From Ostreococcus lucimarinus (lineage: Eukaryota), in the NCBI GenBank assembly GCA_000092065.1, contig CP000594.1: a stretch of 64,000 nt of DNA. One strand, 5' to 3'. Both the position numbers and the translations under genes were made by a program. Within the stretch, counting starts at the first letter, position 1. Each line of letters starts with the position of its first letter. Positions 1 through 9,311 of this stretch are shown in pieces. The notes below the pieces were generated by a model, which saw nothing but the letters and a program-made list of their open reading frames with translations, had not been told where the DNA came from and did no database searches.

Positions 1-1
1 C

Positions 2-790
2 ATGCTGGCGAGGGCGTTTCCCGAGGGTGATCCGATGCGGGATTTGGTGACGAAAGAAGATTTGCACAAGGCGGTGGTGGATGGCACGTACGAGGCTGAT
101 GCGGAGAGCGAGCTCGAGGAGGAACCGCCGGAGGATGAAGCGAACGATCCCATTGAGACGAAGACGTACGATCGCCCTTGGCCGAAAGAAACTAATATCC
201 CCACGGAACAGGAAGTGTCGGACGAATTAGAAGCCATGCGCGCCGCTGCAAAAGAACGGCAAGCGCAAATGCAGCAACCGCTCGACGCGGATGGGAACCC
301 AAAATTGGTCTTCAAGGTGAAGCGATCGCGCGAGTCGACGGACGATTTAGTCGCTTCGGCGGATGGCAAAGACGTCGCGATGGACAATGCTGACAAGCAA
401 ACGGAAGGAACGAAACCAGCGGTGGAGATGACGACTGGTACTGATCCCACCGGCGGAGAAGATGAAGAACCCGACGCGAAACGCCCTGCGCCCGAAGACG
501 CCGCCGCGAGCGCCACGCCGCTCGGCGACCAACGCCGCATCGCCCTTAATAAAGTCGTCAATGTCGAATACGGCGGCGACAAGACCGTCCTTCGCTGGCT
601 CGACACCCACGGCTGGGGTCATTACGCCGGTTCGTTCGCCGTCTACGGCGTCTCCCGCCGGACCCTGAACTACCTCTCGATGACAGATTTGGAAAACATT
701 CAAGTCGACGCGCCGGCGCGCGCGCAAATGTTCAGAGCGCTCGATCGCCGTCGCAAGCGCAACGAAAAGTACCGCTTGAACGGCACATGA
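2..790 (+). CDS. 3' part of a gene encoding an acidic protein with a C-terminal SAM (sterile alpha motif)-like domain; 5' end lies upstream of window
   Basis: ORF open to the window start. C-terminal ~70 aa (VLRWLDTHGWGHYAGSFAVYGVSRRTLNYLSMTDLENIQVDAPARAQMFRAL) fits the SAM-domain hydrophobic pattern (WL..hGL.qY...F.....L..LT..DL..lGI). Stop TGA at 788-790. Confidence 0.35.
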   Translation: MLARAFPEGDPMRDLVTKEDLHKAVVDGTYEADAESELEEEPPEDEANDPIETKTYDRPWPKETNIPTEQEVSDELEAMRAAAKERQAQMQQPLDADGNPKLVFKVKRSRESTDDLVASADGKDVAMDNADKQTEGTKPAVEMTTGTDPTGGEDEEPDAKRPAPEDAAASATPLGDQRRIALNKVVNVEYGGDKTVLRWLDTHGWGHYAGSFAVYGVSRRTLNYLSMTDLENIQVDAPARAQMFRALDRRRKRNEKYRLNGT

Positions 791-925
791 CTTTTCATCG
801 CAATTTGCATAGCACTTTTTAGCGTTTCATAAAAACTTTCCACGCGTTCGCGACGAAGTCCATCCGCGTCTCGTCGCGCGGCGCCGCACACCGCGACGCG
901 ACATCCATCGCGAGATCGCGTCACC

Positions 926-3787
926 ATGTCCACCGGATGGCTCCGAGGCGTCGTCAAAGCCGTCCCCAGCGGTGATCAAGTCATCATCGCCGCACCGTGC
1001 GCGCCAGGGGTGCGTTCGCGCGCCGTACCGACCGATTTCGTCGCGCGATGTCGACGCGACGGTTGCCCGATCGCGCGAAACTGACCACTCTCGCGACGAT
1101 TCTCGCGCTCGCAGGCCCCGCCCGGCGTCGAAAAAACGCTCACGCTCGCCGGTATCGTCGCGCCGCGTCTCGGTCGCCGCGACGGGTCGAGCGCGGACGA
1201 GGCGTTCGCGCGCGAGTCGAGGGCGTCGCTGCGGCGCGCGCTCGCGGGACGACGCGTGTCGTTTCGCGTCGAGTACGCGGTGGAGTCGATAAATCGCGAG
1301 TTCGGCGTCGTGTTCACGGAGAGCGGGGAAAACGTGAGCGTGATGCAAGTGTCTAAGGGGCTGGCCAAGGTGAAGGCGCCCGGGGGGAACGATCGAGCGG
1401 TGGCGAACGCGGAGGAGTTGGAACGACGCGAACTCGAGGCGCGAGAAGCCGAGGCGGGGATGTGGAGTAAGGATCCCGCGGTGCTCGCGGCGGCGAGTCA
1501 GCGAACGGTCGTGCAGGCGATGAAAGCGGAGGACGTGCTGGGTGCGTTGCGGATGAAACCGACGCCCGCGGTGGTGGATTACGTGCTGAACGGTGGGACG
1601 GTGAAGCTTGTGCTGACGGGGGACGGCGCGACGCGCGATCAGAATATCACGTTGTCTATCGGTGGGATTTCAGTGCCGTCCGTCGGGCGCAAGGGGGCGA
1701 AGAACGAAGATGGGACAGATCAAGGTCCAGAGCCGTTCGCGCTCGCGGCGAAGCATTTCACGGAGATGGCGCTCCTGCATCGAGACGTGCGGGTGATTTT
1801 GGAAGGTCTCGATCGTCGTAATAATTTCATCGGTTCAATCTTGCCCGCGGACGTGAACGATACGTCGTTCGTGAACGTCGGCGAAGAGTTGTGTCGGCTA
1901 GGTCTCGCGCAAGTGCACGAGGCGAGTGCGGCGGCGTTGATCGGTGGCGCGGCGACGCTTCGCGCGGCGGAGAAGATGGCCAAGGATCAGCAGTTGCGAC
2001 TTTGGCATGGATACGTCCCGCCAATATCTTCCTTGAACGCGATGACGACGAAAGTCTTCGATGCCAGAGTAGTAGAAGTCATCAGCGGTGATTGCATTTC
2101 CGTGGTGCCGACGTCAGGGCCGGATACGTCTGAGAGACGAATCAATCTGTCGTCGATTCGGGCGCCTAGAATTTCCAACTCACGAGATGACAAGTCCAAT
2201 CACGAACCTTGGGCGATAGAGGCAAAAGAGTTTTTGATCTCGCGTCTGATCGGGCGCACCGTATCGATTAATATGGATTACGCACGCAAGATTGGAGAAG
2301 GTGCGAACGAACGAACGTTGCACTTCGCCACGGTGAAGCTGCCAAACAACAAGACGGGCGGTGACCCGCTCAACGTTTCAGAGATGCTTCTCATGCGCGG
2401 TTTCGCGTCGTGCATTCGTCACCGTTCTGAGGAAGAACGTGCGGCAGACTACGATGAGCTCATCGCGGCGGAAAAGAAGGGCGTGGAGAGCAAAAAGGGA
2501 ATGCACAACAAGAATCGCGAGGCGCCTGTACACAGGACGAATGATTTTAGCATCAACGCGCATAAGGCGAAGACGTTTTTGCCGTTTTTGCAACGCGCGG
2601 GTAAGTGCGTCGCTATGGTAGACTACGTCGCCGCTGGACACAAAATTCGAGTTTCAATTCCCAAAGAAGGCGCGGTGATCGCCTTTTGCTTGGCGGGCGT
2701 TCGCTGTCCCCAGCGCGACGAGCCGTACGCCGCCGAGGCGTTGGCGTACACGCGTTCTCGAATTCTTCAGCGAGAGGTGGAAATCGTGGTAGACTCCGTG
2801 GATAGAACTGGAATTTTCCTTGGCACCTTATTTGCGGACAACGGGCGATTAAATCTCGGTGAAGAACTCCTTCGAGCCGGATTAGGAAGCTTGCACCCGG
2901 CGTTCCCGGTGGATCGCGTTCACTACGGTCGCGCGCTCGCGGACATTGAAGCCGCGGCACGGGAAGTCAAGGCTGGTTTATGGAAAGACTGGACCCCTCC
3001 GATCGTCGAAGTAGACGGGCCTGAGGATAGTTCGACCGGCGAACTCGTGCGAGTCGGCGTCACCGAGTGCGTCGCCGGGGGCCGATTCTTCGTGCAGAAG
3101 TTAGATGGGAGTAAGATTCAAGAGGTCACGGACAAACTCGCCGAGCTTTACGACGGCGTGGACACGAGCAAGCCGCACGATGGCGTGTTCGAACCAAAGC
3201 CTGGCGATGCCGTCGCCGCCAAGTTCACCGGAGATGACAAGTGGGCGAGAGCCATCGTCACCGCGAAGCGCGTCGGTGATAAGCCCGTCAGCGTCTTCTA
3301 CTGCGACTTTGGCAACGTCGAGGACATCGGTTTCAATCGTCTTCGACCTTTGAAGGATCCAACGGTCACCACAGTTGCTATCCCACCCATGGCCAACTTC
3401 TGCGCGCTTTCCTTCCTCAAGATTCCTCGCATCGATTCCGATTACGGCTACGCCGCCGCTTCGCACGTCGGCAAACTCATCTCTGGCCAGGCTTTCCACG
3501 CCCGAATCGACGCCCGCGATCGTTTCCCCACCACAAAACCATGGGAAATCGACGCACAGCCCGCGTTCTCGCTCACATTATTCCCCGACGCCAACGCTCG
3601 CGCCGCTGAATCCGTCGCCCTCGACCTCCTTCGCGCCGGCTTTGCGCGCGTCCACCGCCGCGCCGCCGCCCGTCGTCTCGATCGCGACGTCTTCGACGCC
3701 ATGGTCGACGCCCAGGAGTCCGCGCGTCGCGCGAGGGTCGGTCAGTGGGAGTACGGCGACGTCGATTCCGACGACGACGCGTCTTAG
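926..3787 (+). CDS. SND1: Tudor-SN / staphylococcal-nuclease-domain protein (SND1 family). Two exons, 926..1009 and 1115..3787
   Basis: Long ORF with repeated SNase-like (OB-fold) modules. A Tudor domain (KFTGDDKWARAIVTAKRVGDKPVSVFYCDFGNVEDIGFNRLRP) is inserted in the last SN domain. ATG at 926 encodes MSTGWLRGVVKAVPSGDQVIIAAP, matching the SND1 N-terminus (RGIIKMVLSGCAIIVRG...). The same frame hits TGA at 1082 and resumes at 1115 with APPGVEKTLTLAGIVAPRLGRR (cf. SND1 [21 protein letters not shown]). The ORF track's 1256 start is a GTG inside exon 2. Confidence 0.8.
1010..1114 (+). other. spliceosomal intron 1 of the Tudor-SN gene (105 nt, GTGCGT...CAG), phase 0
   Basis: Donor gtgcgt at 1010 lies right after the in-frame GGG codon. 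Acceptor cag is at 1112-1114. The length is a multiple of 3 and removes the in-frame TGA at 1082. Flanking exon translations align to conserved SND1 N-terminal sequence. Confidence 0.6.
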
Positions 3788-3938
3788 CCTTGTAATCGCG
3801 TTCGCGTCTCCCGTCGCGTTTGAACGCGCCGCGCAGGCCGCGCCAAAACCCTGTTCTGGATAAGAAAAGCGAACAACGACGCGCGCGCGCCGCACACCGC
3901 GTCGCGCGACGCCGCCCGTCGGCGCGCACACGACGACG

Positions 3939-5399
3939 ATGCACTCGCACGCGATGCGCGCGCGCGCGCCGCGCCCGCGCGCGAGCTCGCGCGCGTCGAC
4001 GCTCGAAAGCGCGCGCCGAGGCCGATGCGACGGGACGGGACGACGCGCGCTCGGACGCGTCGCGCGAAGCGCGAAGCGCGGCGACGGCGTCGCGACGCGC
4101 GCGCAGGGCGACGTCGACCTGCTGAATCACCTGGGAAAGAAGCGCGTGGTGATCACGGGGATGGGGGCGGTGACGGCGCACGGGGACGACGTGGATGAGA
4201 TGTACGAAAAGCTGTGCCGAGGGGAGAGCGCGATCGCGACGATCGATAAATGGGACACCGGAGAGATCGGAACGAAGTTCGCGGGGGAGATAAAAGCGTT
4301 CGATTGTGGGGATTATATGAATAAAAAGATGGCGCGCAGGGTGGATCCGTACATTGCGTACATGATCGTCGCGGCGAAGCGAGCGCTGGAGTCGGCAAAG
4401 GTGAACTGGAACGACGAGTCGGGGGAACATTACGTCGATAAAGCGTTGAGTGGATGTCTGATTGGTAGTGCGATGGGGGGGATGCAAACATTCGCGACGG
4501 CCACGGAGAATCTCGTGACGCAGGGACACAGAAAGATGAACCCGTTTTGCATTCCGTTTGCGATTACGAATATGGGAAGCGCGCTGACGGCGATGGATAT
4601 TGGATTCATGGGGCCGAATTATTCGATCGCGTCCGCGTGTGCGACGGGCAACTTTTGCATCTTGAATAGCATCATGCACATTCAAAACGGAGAGGCGAAC
4701 TTGATGCTCGCCGGGGCGAGCGACGCGGCTGTCATTCCCATCGGTATGGCGGGTTTCTCCGCGGCGAAGGCGTTGAGCACGCGCAACGATGACCCCGCGG
4801 CGGCTTCGAGACCGTGGGACGCGAACCGAGACGGATTCGTTATGGGTGAAGGTGCGGGCGTTCTCGTACTCGAATCTTTGGAAAGCGCATTGGCGCGCGG
4901 TGCGCCCATCGTAGCTGAAGTTTTGGCCGGGTTTGCGACGTGTGACGCTCACCACATGACTGAGCCTCGACCGGATGGCGTGGGCGTCAACTTTGCCATC
5001 GACAAGGCGCTCGAGATGACTGGCGTGAAGGCGGAAGATGTCAACTACATCAACGCTCACGCCACGTCCACGCCGGCCGGCGATATGGCGGAACTCCGTG
5101 TGTTGCAAAAGAAGTTCAAGGCGTCGGGGGCGAAGATTAATAGCACCAAGAGCTTGATCGGGCACTTGCTCGGCGCAGCTTCCGCCGTCGAAGCCGTCGT
5201 ATGCATCAAAGCCATCACTAGCGGCGAAGTTCACCCCAACAAGAACCTCGAAACCCCAGATGAAGGCGTTGACACCTCGATGTTGGTTGGCACAACGAGA
5301 GAAAAGCTCGACGTGAAGGTTGCTTTGTCCAATTCTTTTGGCTTTGGCGGGCATAACTCGGCGGTCCTGTTCGCTCCGTACAAGCCTAAACGCTCGTAA
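3939..5399 (+). CDS. 3-oxoacyl-[acyl-carrier-protein] synthase (KAS I/II, FabB/FabF family) with an Arg/Ala-rich N-terminal organellar-targeting-like extension
   Basis: Condensing-enzyme fold. Active-site Cys is in IASACATG. The two catalytic His are in HATSTPAGD and GHLLGAAS. The domain begins KKRVVITGMGAVTAHGDDVDEMYEKL. Starts at a verified ATG (3939). Confidence 0.85.
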   Translation: MHSHAMRARAPRPRASSRASTLESARRGRCDGTGRRALGRVARSAKRGDGVATRAQGDVDLLNHLGKKRVVITGMGAVTAHGDDVDEMYEKLCRGESAIATIDKWDTGEIGTKFAGEIKAFDCGDYMNKKMARRVDPYIAYMIVAAKRALESAKVNWNDESGEHYVDKALSGCLIGSAMGGMQTFATATENLVTQGHRKMNPFCIPFAITNMGSALTAMDIGFMGPNYSIASACATGNFCILNSIMHIQNGEANLMLAGASDAAVIPIGMAGFSAAKALSTRNDDPAAASRPWDANRDGFVMGEGAGVLVLESLESALARGAPIVAEVLAGFATCDAHHMTEPRPDGVGVNFAIDKALEMTGVKAEDVNYINAHATSTPAGDMAELRVLQKKFKASGAKINSTKSLIGHLLGAASAVEAVVCIKAITSGEVHPNKNLETPDEGVDTSMLVGTTREKLDVKVALSNSFGFGGHNSAVLFAPYKPKRS

Positions 5400-5496
5400 A
5401 CGACGCTTGATAATGTTATAAGAACTAGTCACCTGAATCACCGAACGTTCCTTCGTGCGTGCGCTTATATTTGATTGCCTAACGTATTGCAAATTG

Positions 5497-8400
5497 CTAA
5501 AAAATCAAATCAAGACCAAATACGGCGCTGATGACAAATAATACACCGAAGGCGAGCGCGACGGCGCTCGATCCACGAGCGATATAGCTCACAAACTTGG
5601 GATTATTCTTCTCCAACGCTGCCGTACCCGCACCAATGCAGTACGTGTACGTCCCCATGGCGATAATGGTTCCGATGAAGAACGTCGCCAAAAAAGAAAT
5701 CGCCTCGACGCGAGGGAGCGCCAGGGCAGGTAAAAGCAGAAACAATGAATCCGGTTGTAATCCATGGATGGTGCCAGTAATATACGTCCATGAGATGAAG
5801 CTGCTATCGCGCTTCGCGGGCACATCGCTCCCATGCGAGTGCGAATGCGAGTGTGAGTGTGAGTGTGAATGTGAGTGCGAGTGACCGCCCATGCTTTCCC
5901 AAAAGCCAATAGCGCCAATAATAATGAGCGTCAAACCGACGATTCCTTGTCCAAACTGACCGATAACTTCCAAGTTGAGCGGTAATTTATCCCTCAAAGC
6001 GATGAAAATACATCCAAATAAAATTTGACCCGTGTTATGCCCGAGCCCCCAAAGCGCGCCCATCAACGCGTTTTGCGCTCTGCTCGGTCCCACTGTCAGT
6101 GGCGTGAGTGCCGCTAAGTGGTCTGGCCCCGTGAGCGTGTGCAAGCAACCGGCTAATAGACCAGCCCATGCAGACTTAAACGCCGTGATTACGCTCATCC
6201 AGTGTGCGACGTGCAAATGTTTGACCCAAATGGCAATCGCTTCGCTGCACACCGAGTACGCTGCGCCCAAGCAACAAAACACGGTGAACGTCGTGAGGGC
6301 CACGGTAGTACTCTTGGACAACGGCTGTCGCCCGAACGTGACAAGCAAACGCACTGAGTTCATCGCCACCATGAGGGTCGCGCCTTCGTGCAGCAATACC
6401 GCCAACCATAGCGGAAACGCGCCGAAGAGAGCGGGAATAGCTGACCCCAAGATTGATACCACGGCGAGTGCGATGTTTTGTCGTAAAGTGCGTCGCGTGC
6501 GCTCGGCGATGGAAAACAGCTCTGGTAATTGAGAGATGCCTCCTTCGTCTTTAGTGAGCAACAGTACATCCGCCGCACTCGCGGCGGCATCGCTCGGCGT
6601 CGACGCGATGGCGACGCCGACATCCGCGGCGGCGAGCGCTGGGGCATCGTTGATACCATCGCCAACCATGGCCACGCGAGGATATTGCTTGGATTTCACG
6701 CGCTCTCGCATTGATTCAACCAGTGCAAGCTTTTGAGACGGAGTCAATCCGGCGTGTACGTCTTCCGGTTTCAACTTGATCTCCTCAGCCATGGCTATGG
6801 CGCTCGTCTTGTTGTCGCCCGTGAGCATGGCCAACTCCATACCCGTCGAGTCGCTCGCCACCTCCCACCATCTCCGTCGGCACTTGCCAGTACGCAGGGA
6901 CTCGATGGCATCGGGCGCCTGCAAATTAAGCGTATCACTAAACCTAAACAGCGCCGGGCTTTCGCCCTCAATCGCGAGCACAGAGAGCACTTCGCCCTCT
7001 TGCGCGATGACCTCGGCGGAGCATTCCGCAGCGCCAGTGTTACACAGCTCGAGCGCAAACTCGGAGCTACCGAATCGCGCACGCTTGCCGTCGATCGTGC
7101 CTTCCACACCACTCCCCGCGATGACTTTGTAATCCGTCACGGGACCGACGTCTGGCAAAATGATCCCCCGCGCCGCTTGCGTCACCGCGGCGGCAATCGG
7201 GTGGGACGAACCGCGTTCGAGGCTCAGCGCGTACGCCAGAGCCTTGACTGACGCGCTCGGAGCAGTGTCGTGTTGCGCACCGTCTTCAAATTGTGTGATA
7301 TTCGTGCAGCTCATTTGCCCCGTCGTGATGGTTCCCGTCTTATCGAGCGCCACCGCGCCGACTTCGGCCAAAGCGTCGAGAGTCAAGCCGCCTCGAATGA
7401 GCACACCTCGCCGAGCCATGGCCCCGATGGCCGCCACGTACACGAGCGGCGACATCAACAATGCACACGGCGCTGCGGAGGATAAAAACGCAAAGCTGCG
7501 ATACATGGCACCGCCGCGACCCAAAAATGGAATCCCGAGCACCATCGGCGCCGCGGCCATGGTAATAAAGGTGATGGCCAATATCGCCTTACTGTAGCGG
7601 TCTCCTATGCTATCGATCAATCGTGAGACTTTCGGACGACGCCGCTGCGCAGCCTCGGTGAGTCGCGCGATTCGCGCCGGTGTGCTCTCCTCGCTCGATC
7701 TCAAGCTCTTCACCACGAGCACGCCGTCGGTGTTCATCGCGCCGGCGGGAATCTCATCGCCGTATCTCTTCATCACCGGCAAAGCCTCACCGGTGATGTG
7801 TTGAATGCTCACTAACGCGCTGCCGTGGACAACCATACCATCCAACGGCACTTGCTGTCCAGCCTTGACGAAAATCATCGTCCCAACGTCGACGTCCGCC
7901 GCGGGCATCTCTCGGAGCGTCGTCAAATCCGGCGTCCCATCGGCGAGCAACTGCACGACGTCCGCCGTCGTGGGCACCGTGCCCCACAACGCCTTCAAAT
8001 CCCCCCGAGCGTGCAGCGTCAATCGATCCTCCACGAAGTGCGCCAGGGCGAAGAGCACCAAGAGCAGCGCGCCCTCCATCGCGCACCCCAAGAGCACGGT
8101 GCCGAACACGGCCAACGTCGTGAGCACGTGAATGTTCACGTTCCCCACCGCGAGCTCGTACGTCACGTCCACAAACTCGGGCGTCCCCGCCAACACGTAA
8201 ACCAGAATCGTGCACACCCGACTGACGTTCGCCGCCATCGTCGTCTCCACCAATCCGCCGCCGCCGACGTGCGTCGCCACGTGCGCCGCCCCCGCGACGA
8301 GAAACAGCGCCCACGACACCACCGCCACCGCCGCGTTCCCGCGCAGGAAATCCGCCACCGCGTGCAAACCAGTGGCGTTAAACATCGCATCCAGCGCCCT

Positions 8401-8889
8401 CTCCGTGCGTCCGCGCGGTGCAAACTCCCCGGAGCTCGTCGCCGCCATCATCCCCGCCTGCGACACGAACTCGTCCTCGTCCGCGCTCATCGCGCCGTCC
8501 ATCGCCCGCGCGCCCCGCGCCTTACCGCACGAGTGCCCACAACACGAGTGAAATTCCCCACCGTGCGCCCGCGCGCGCTCGAAACCGCGTCGACCGCCTT
8601 CCCCGCGCGTCCGCGTCCCGCGTCCCGCGTCCACCCTCGCGAACCTCCCCCCCCGCGCCCCCACGACGCGCGCGCGCTCGCGATTCGACGCCGCGCGCGC
8701 GCTCGACGCGTCCATCCGCGCGCTCGCGCGCGTCCGGTCGCATCTGTCTCGCGCGCGCGTCCCCGTCGCCGCCCCCGTCGCCGTCGCCGCGCGCGCGACA
8801 ACGATGCGCGTCGCCGTCGTCGCGCGTCCGCGCGCGCGCGGCGCGCCCGCGAGCGCGCGCGGCGAGGGCGCGATCGCGTGCGCGCGCAT
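5497..8889 (-). CDS. P1B-type heavy-metal-transporting ATPase (HMA1-like, P1B-4 subgroup) with a ~350-aa C-terminal multi-TM extension resembling NicO/NiCoT nickel-cobalt permeases
   Basis: P-type ATPase motifs are TGEA (actuator), DKTGTIT (phosphorylation), MLTGDN and GDGINDAPAL (hinge). TM6 reads AAPCALLMSPLVYVAAI, which matches the HMA1/CoaT-type SPC/APC signature. N-terminus is a transit-peptide-like Ala/Arg/Thr-rich leader plus an HSCCGHSCG cluster. The C-terminal extension has ~7 predicted TM helices, HTLTGPDH (HX5DH), GLGHNTGQ (cf. NiCoT GHSSVV), and a (HS)9 loop followed by HGLQPDS. ATG verified at 8889. Confidence 0.85.
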   Translation of the reverse strand: MRAHAIAPSPRALAGAPRARGRATTATRIVVARAATATGAATGTRARDRCDRTRASARMDASSARAASNRERARVVGARGGRFARVDAGRGTRTRGEGGRRGFERARAHGGEFHSCCGHSCGKARGARAMDGAMSADEDEFVSQAGMMAATSSGEFAPRGRTERALDAMFNATGLHAVADFLRGNAAVAVVSWALFLVAGAAHVATHVGGGGLVETTMAANVSRVCTILVYVLAGTPEFVDVTYELAVGNVNIHVLTTLAVFGTVLLGCAMEGALLLVLFALAHFVEDRLTLHARGDLKALWGTVPTTADVVQLLADGTPDLTTLREMPAADVDVGTMIFVKAGQQVPLDGMVVHGSALVSIQHITGEALPVMKRYGDEIPAGAMNTDGVLVVKSLRSSEESTPARIARLTEAAQRRRPKVSRLIDSIGDRYSKAILAITFITMAAAPMVLGIPFLGRGGAMYRSFAFLSSAAPCALLMSPLVYVAAIGAMARRGVLIRGGLTLDALAEVGAVALDKTGTITTGQMSCTNITQFEDGAQHDTAPSASVKALAYALSLERGSSHPIAAAVTQAARGIILPDVGPVTDYKVIAGSGVEGTIDGKRARFGSSEFALELCNTGAAECSAEVIAQEGEVLSVLAIEGESPALFRFSDTLNLQAPDAIESLRTGKCRRRWWEVASDSTGMELAMLTGDNKTSAIAMAEEIKLKPEDVHAGLTPSQKLALVESMRERVKSKQYPRVAMVGDGINDAPALAAADVGVAIASTPSDAAASAADVLLLTKDEGGISQLPELFSIAERTRRTLRQNIALAVVSILGSAIPALFGAFPLWLAVLLHEGATLMVAMNSVRLLVTFGRQPLSKSTTVALTTFTVFCCLGAAYSVCSEAIAIWVKHLHVAHWMSVITAFKSAWAGLLAGCLHTLTGPDHLAALTPLTVGPSRAQNALMGALWGLGHNTGQILFGCIFIALRDKLPLNLEVIGQFGQGIVGLTLIIIGAIGFWESMGGHSHSHSHSHSHSHSHSHGSDVPAKRDSSFISWTYITGTIHGLQPDSLFLLLPALALPRVEAISFLATFFIGTIIAMGTYTYCIGAGTAALEKNNPKFVSYIARGSSAVALAFGVLFVISAVFGLDLIF
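5833..5885. repeat. hexanucleotide microsatellite (GAGTGY)n that encodes the (His-Ser)9 loop on the minus strand
   Basis: gcgagtgcgaatgcgagtgtgagtgtgagtgtgaatgtgagtgcgagtga read directly. It corresponds to HSHSHSHSHSHSHSHSHSH in the minus-strand ATPase ORF. Confidence 0.85.
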
Positions 8890-9311
8890 CGTTCGACGCG
8901 CGCGTCCCGGACGCGGCGCGCGCGGGCGTGTGACGCGCGTCGCGACGCGATCGGACGCGCGCTAGGGAAGCCGCGCGTTCGCGGCCGACGATCGCGCCCG
9001 TAATCGCCATTTCGCGACGCCCGACATGGATTTATTTCGGGACGCGCGCGTGGAGATGATAGGTTTAAAACGTCCTCGAACGCGCGTCGGAGGCGCACTT
9101 TTCGCGCGCGCGGGCGATGGATGCGCGCGCGTCGACGACGCGGGGGGCGCGCGCGGCAGAGCGCGGCGGGTCGCGACGGCGACGGCGACGGCGCGGACGG
9201 TCGCGGCGAAGCCCGGACGAAGGCGCGTCGACGCGCGCGCGGCGCGCGGACGCGAGCGACGCGACGCGCGGTCGACGAGAGGCGTGAGTTCGAGTTGGGT
9301 GTTGACGGTGG

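Noticed and set aside
3573-5492. 639-aa minus-strand ORF antisense to the KAS gene
   Set aside because: Extremely Arg-rich, low-complexity translation that mirrors a well-supported coding region. Typical GC3-driven antisense artefact.
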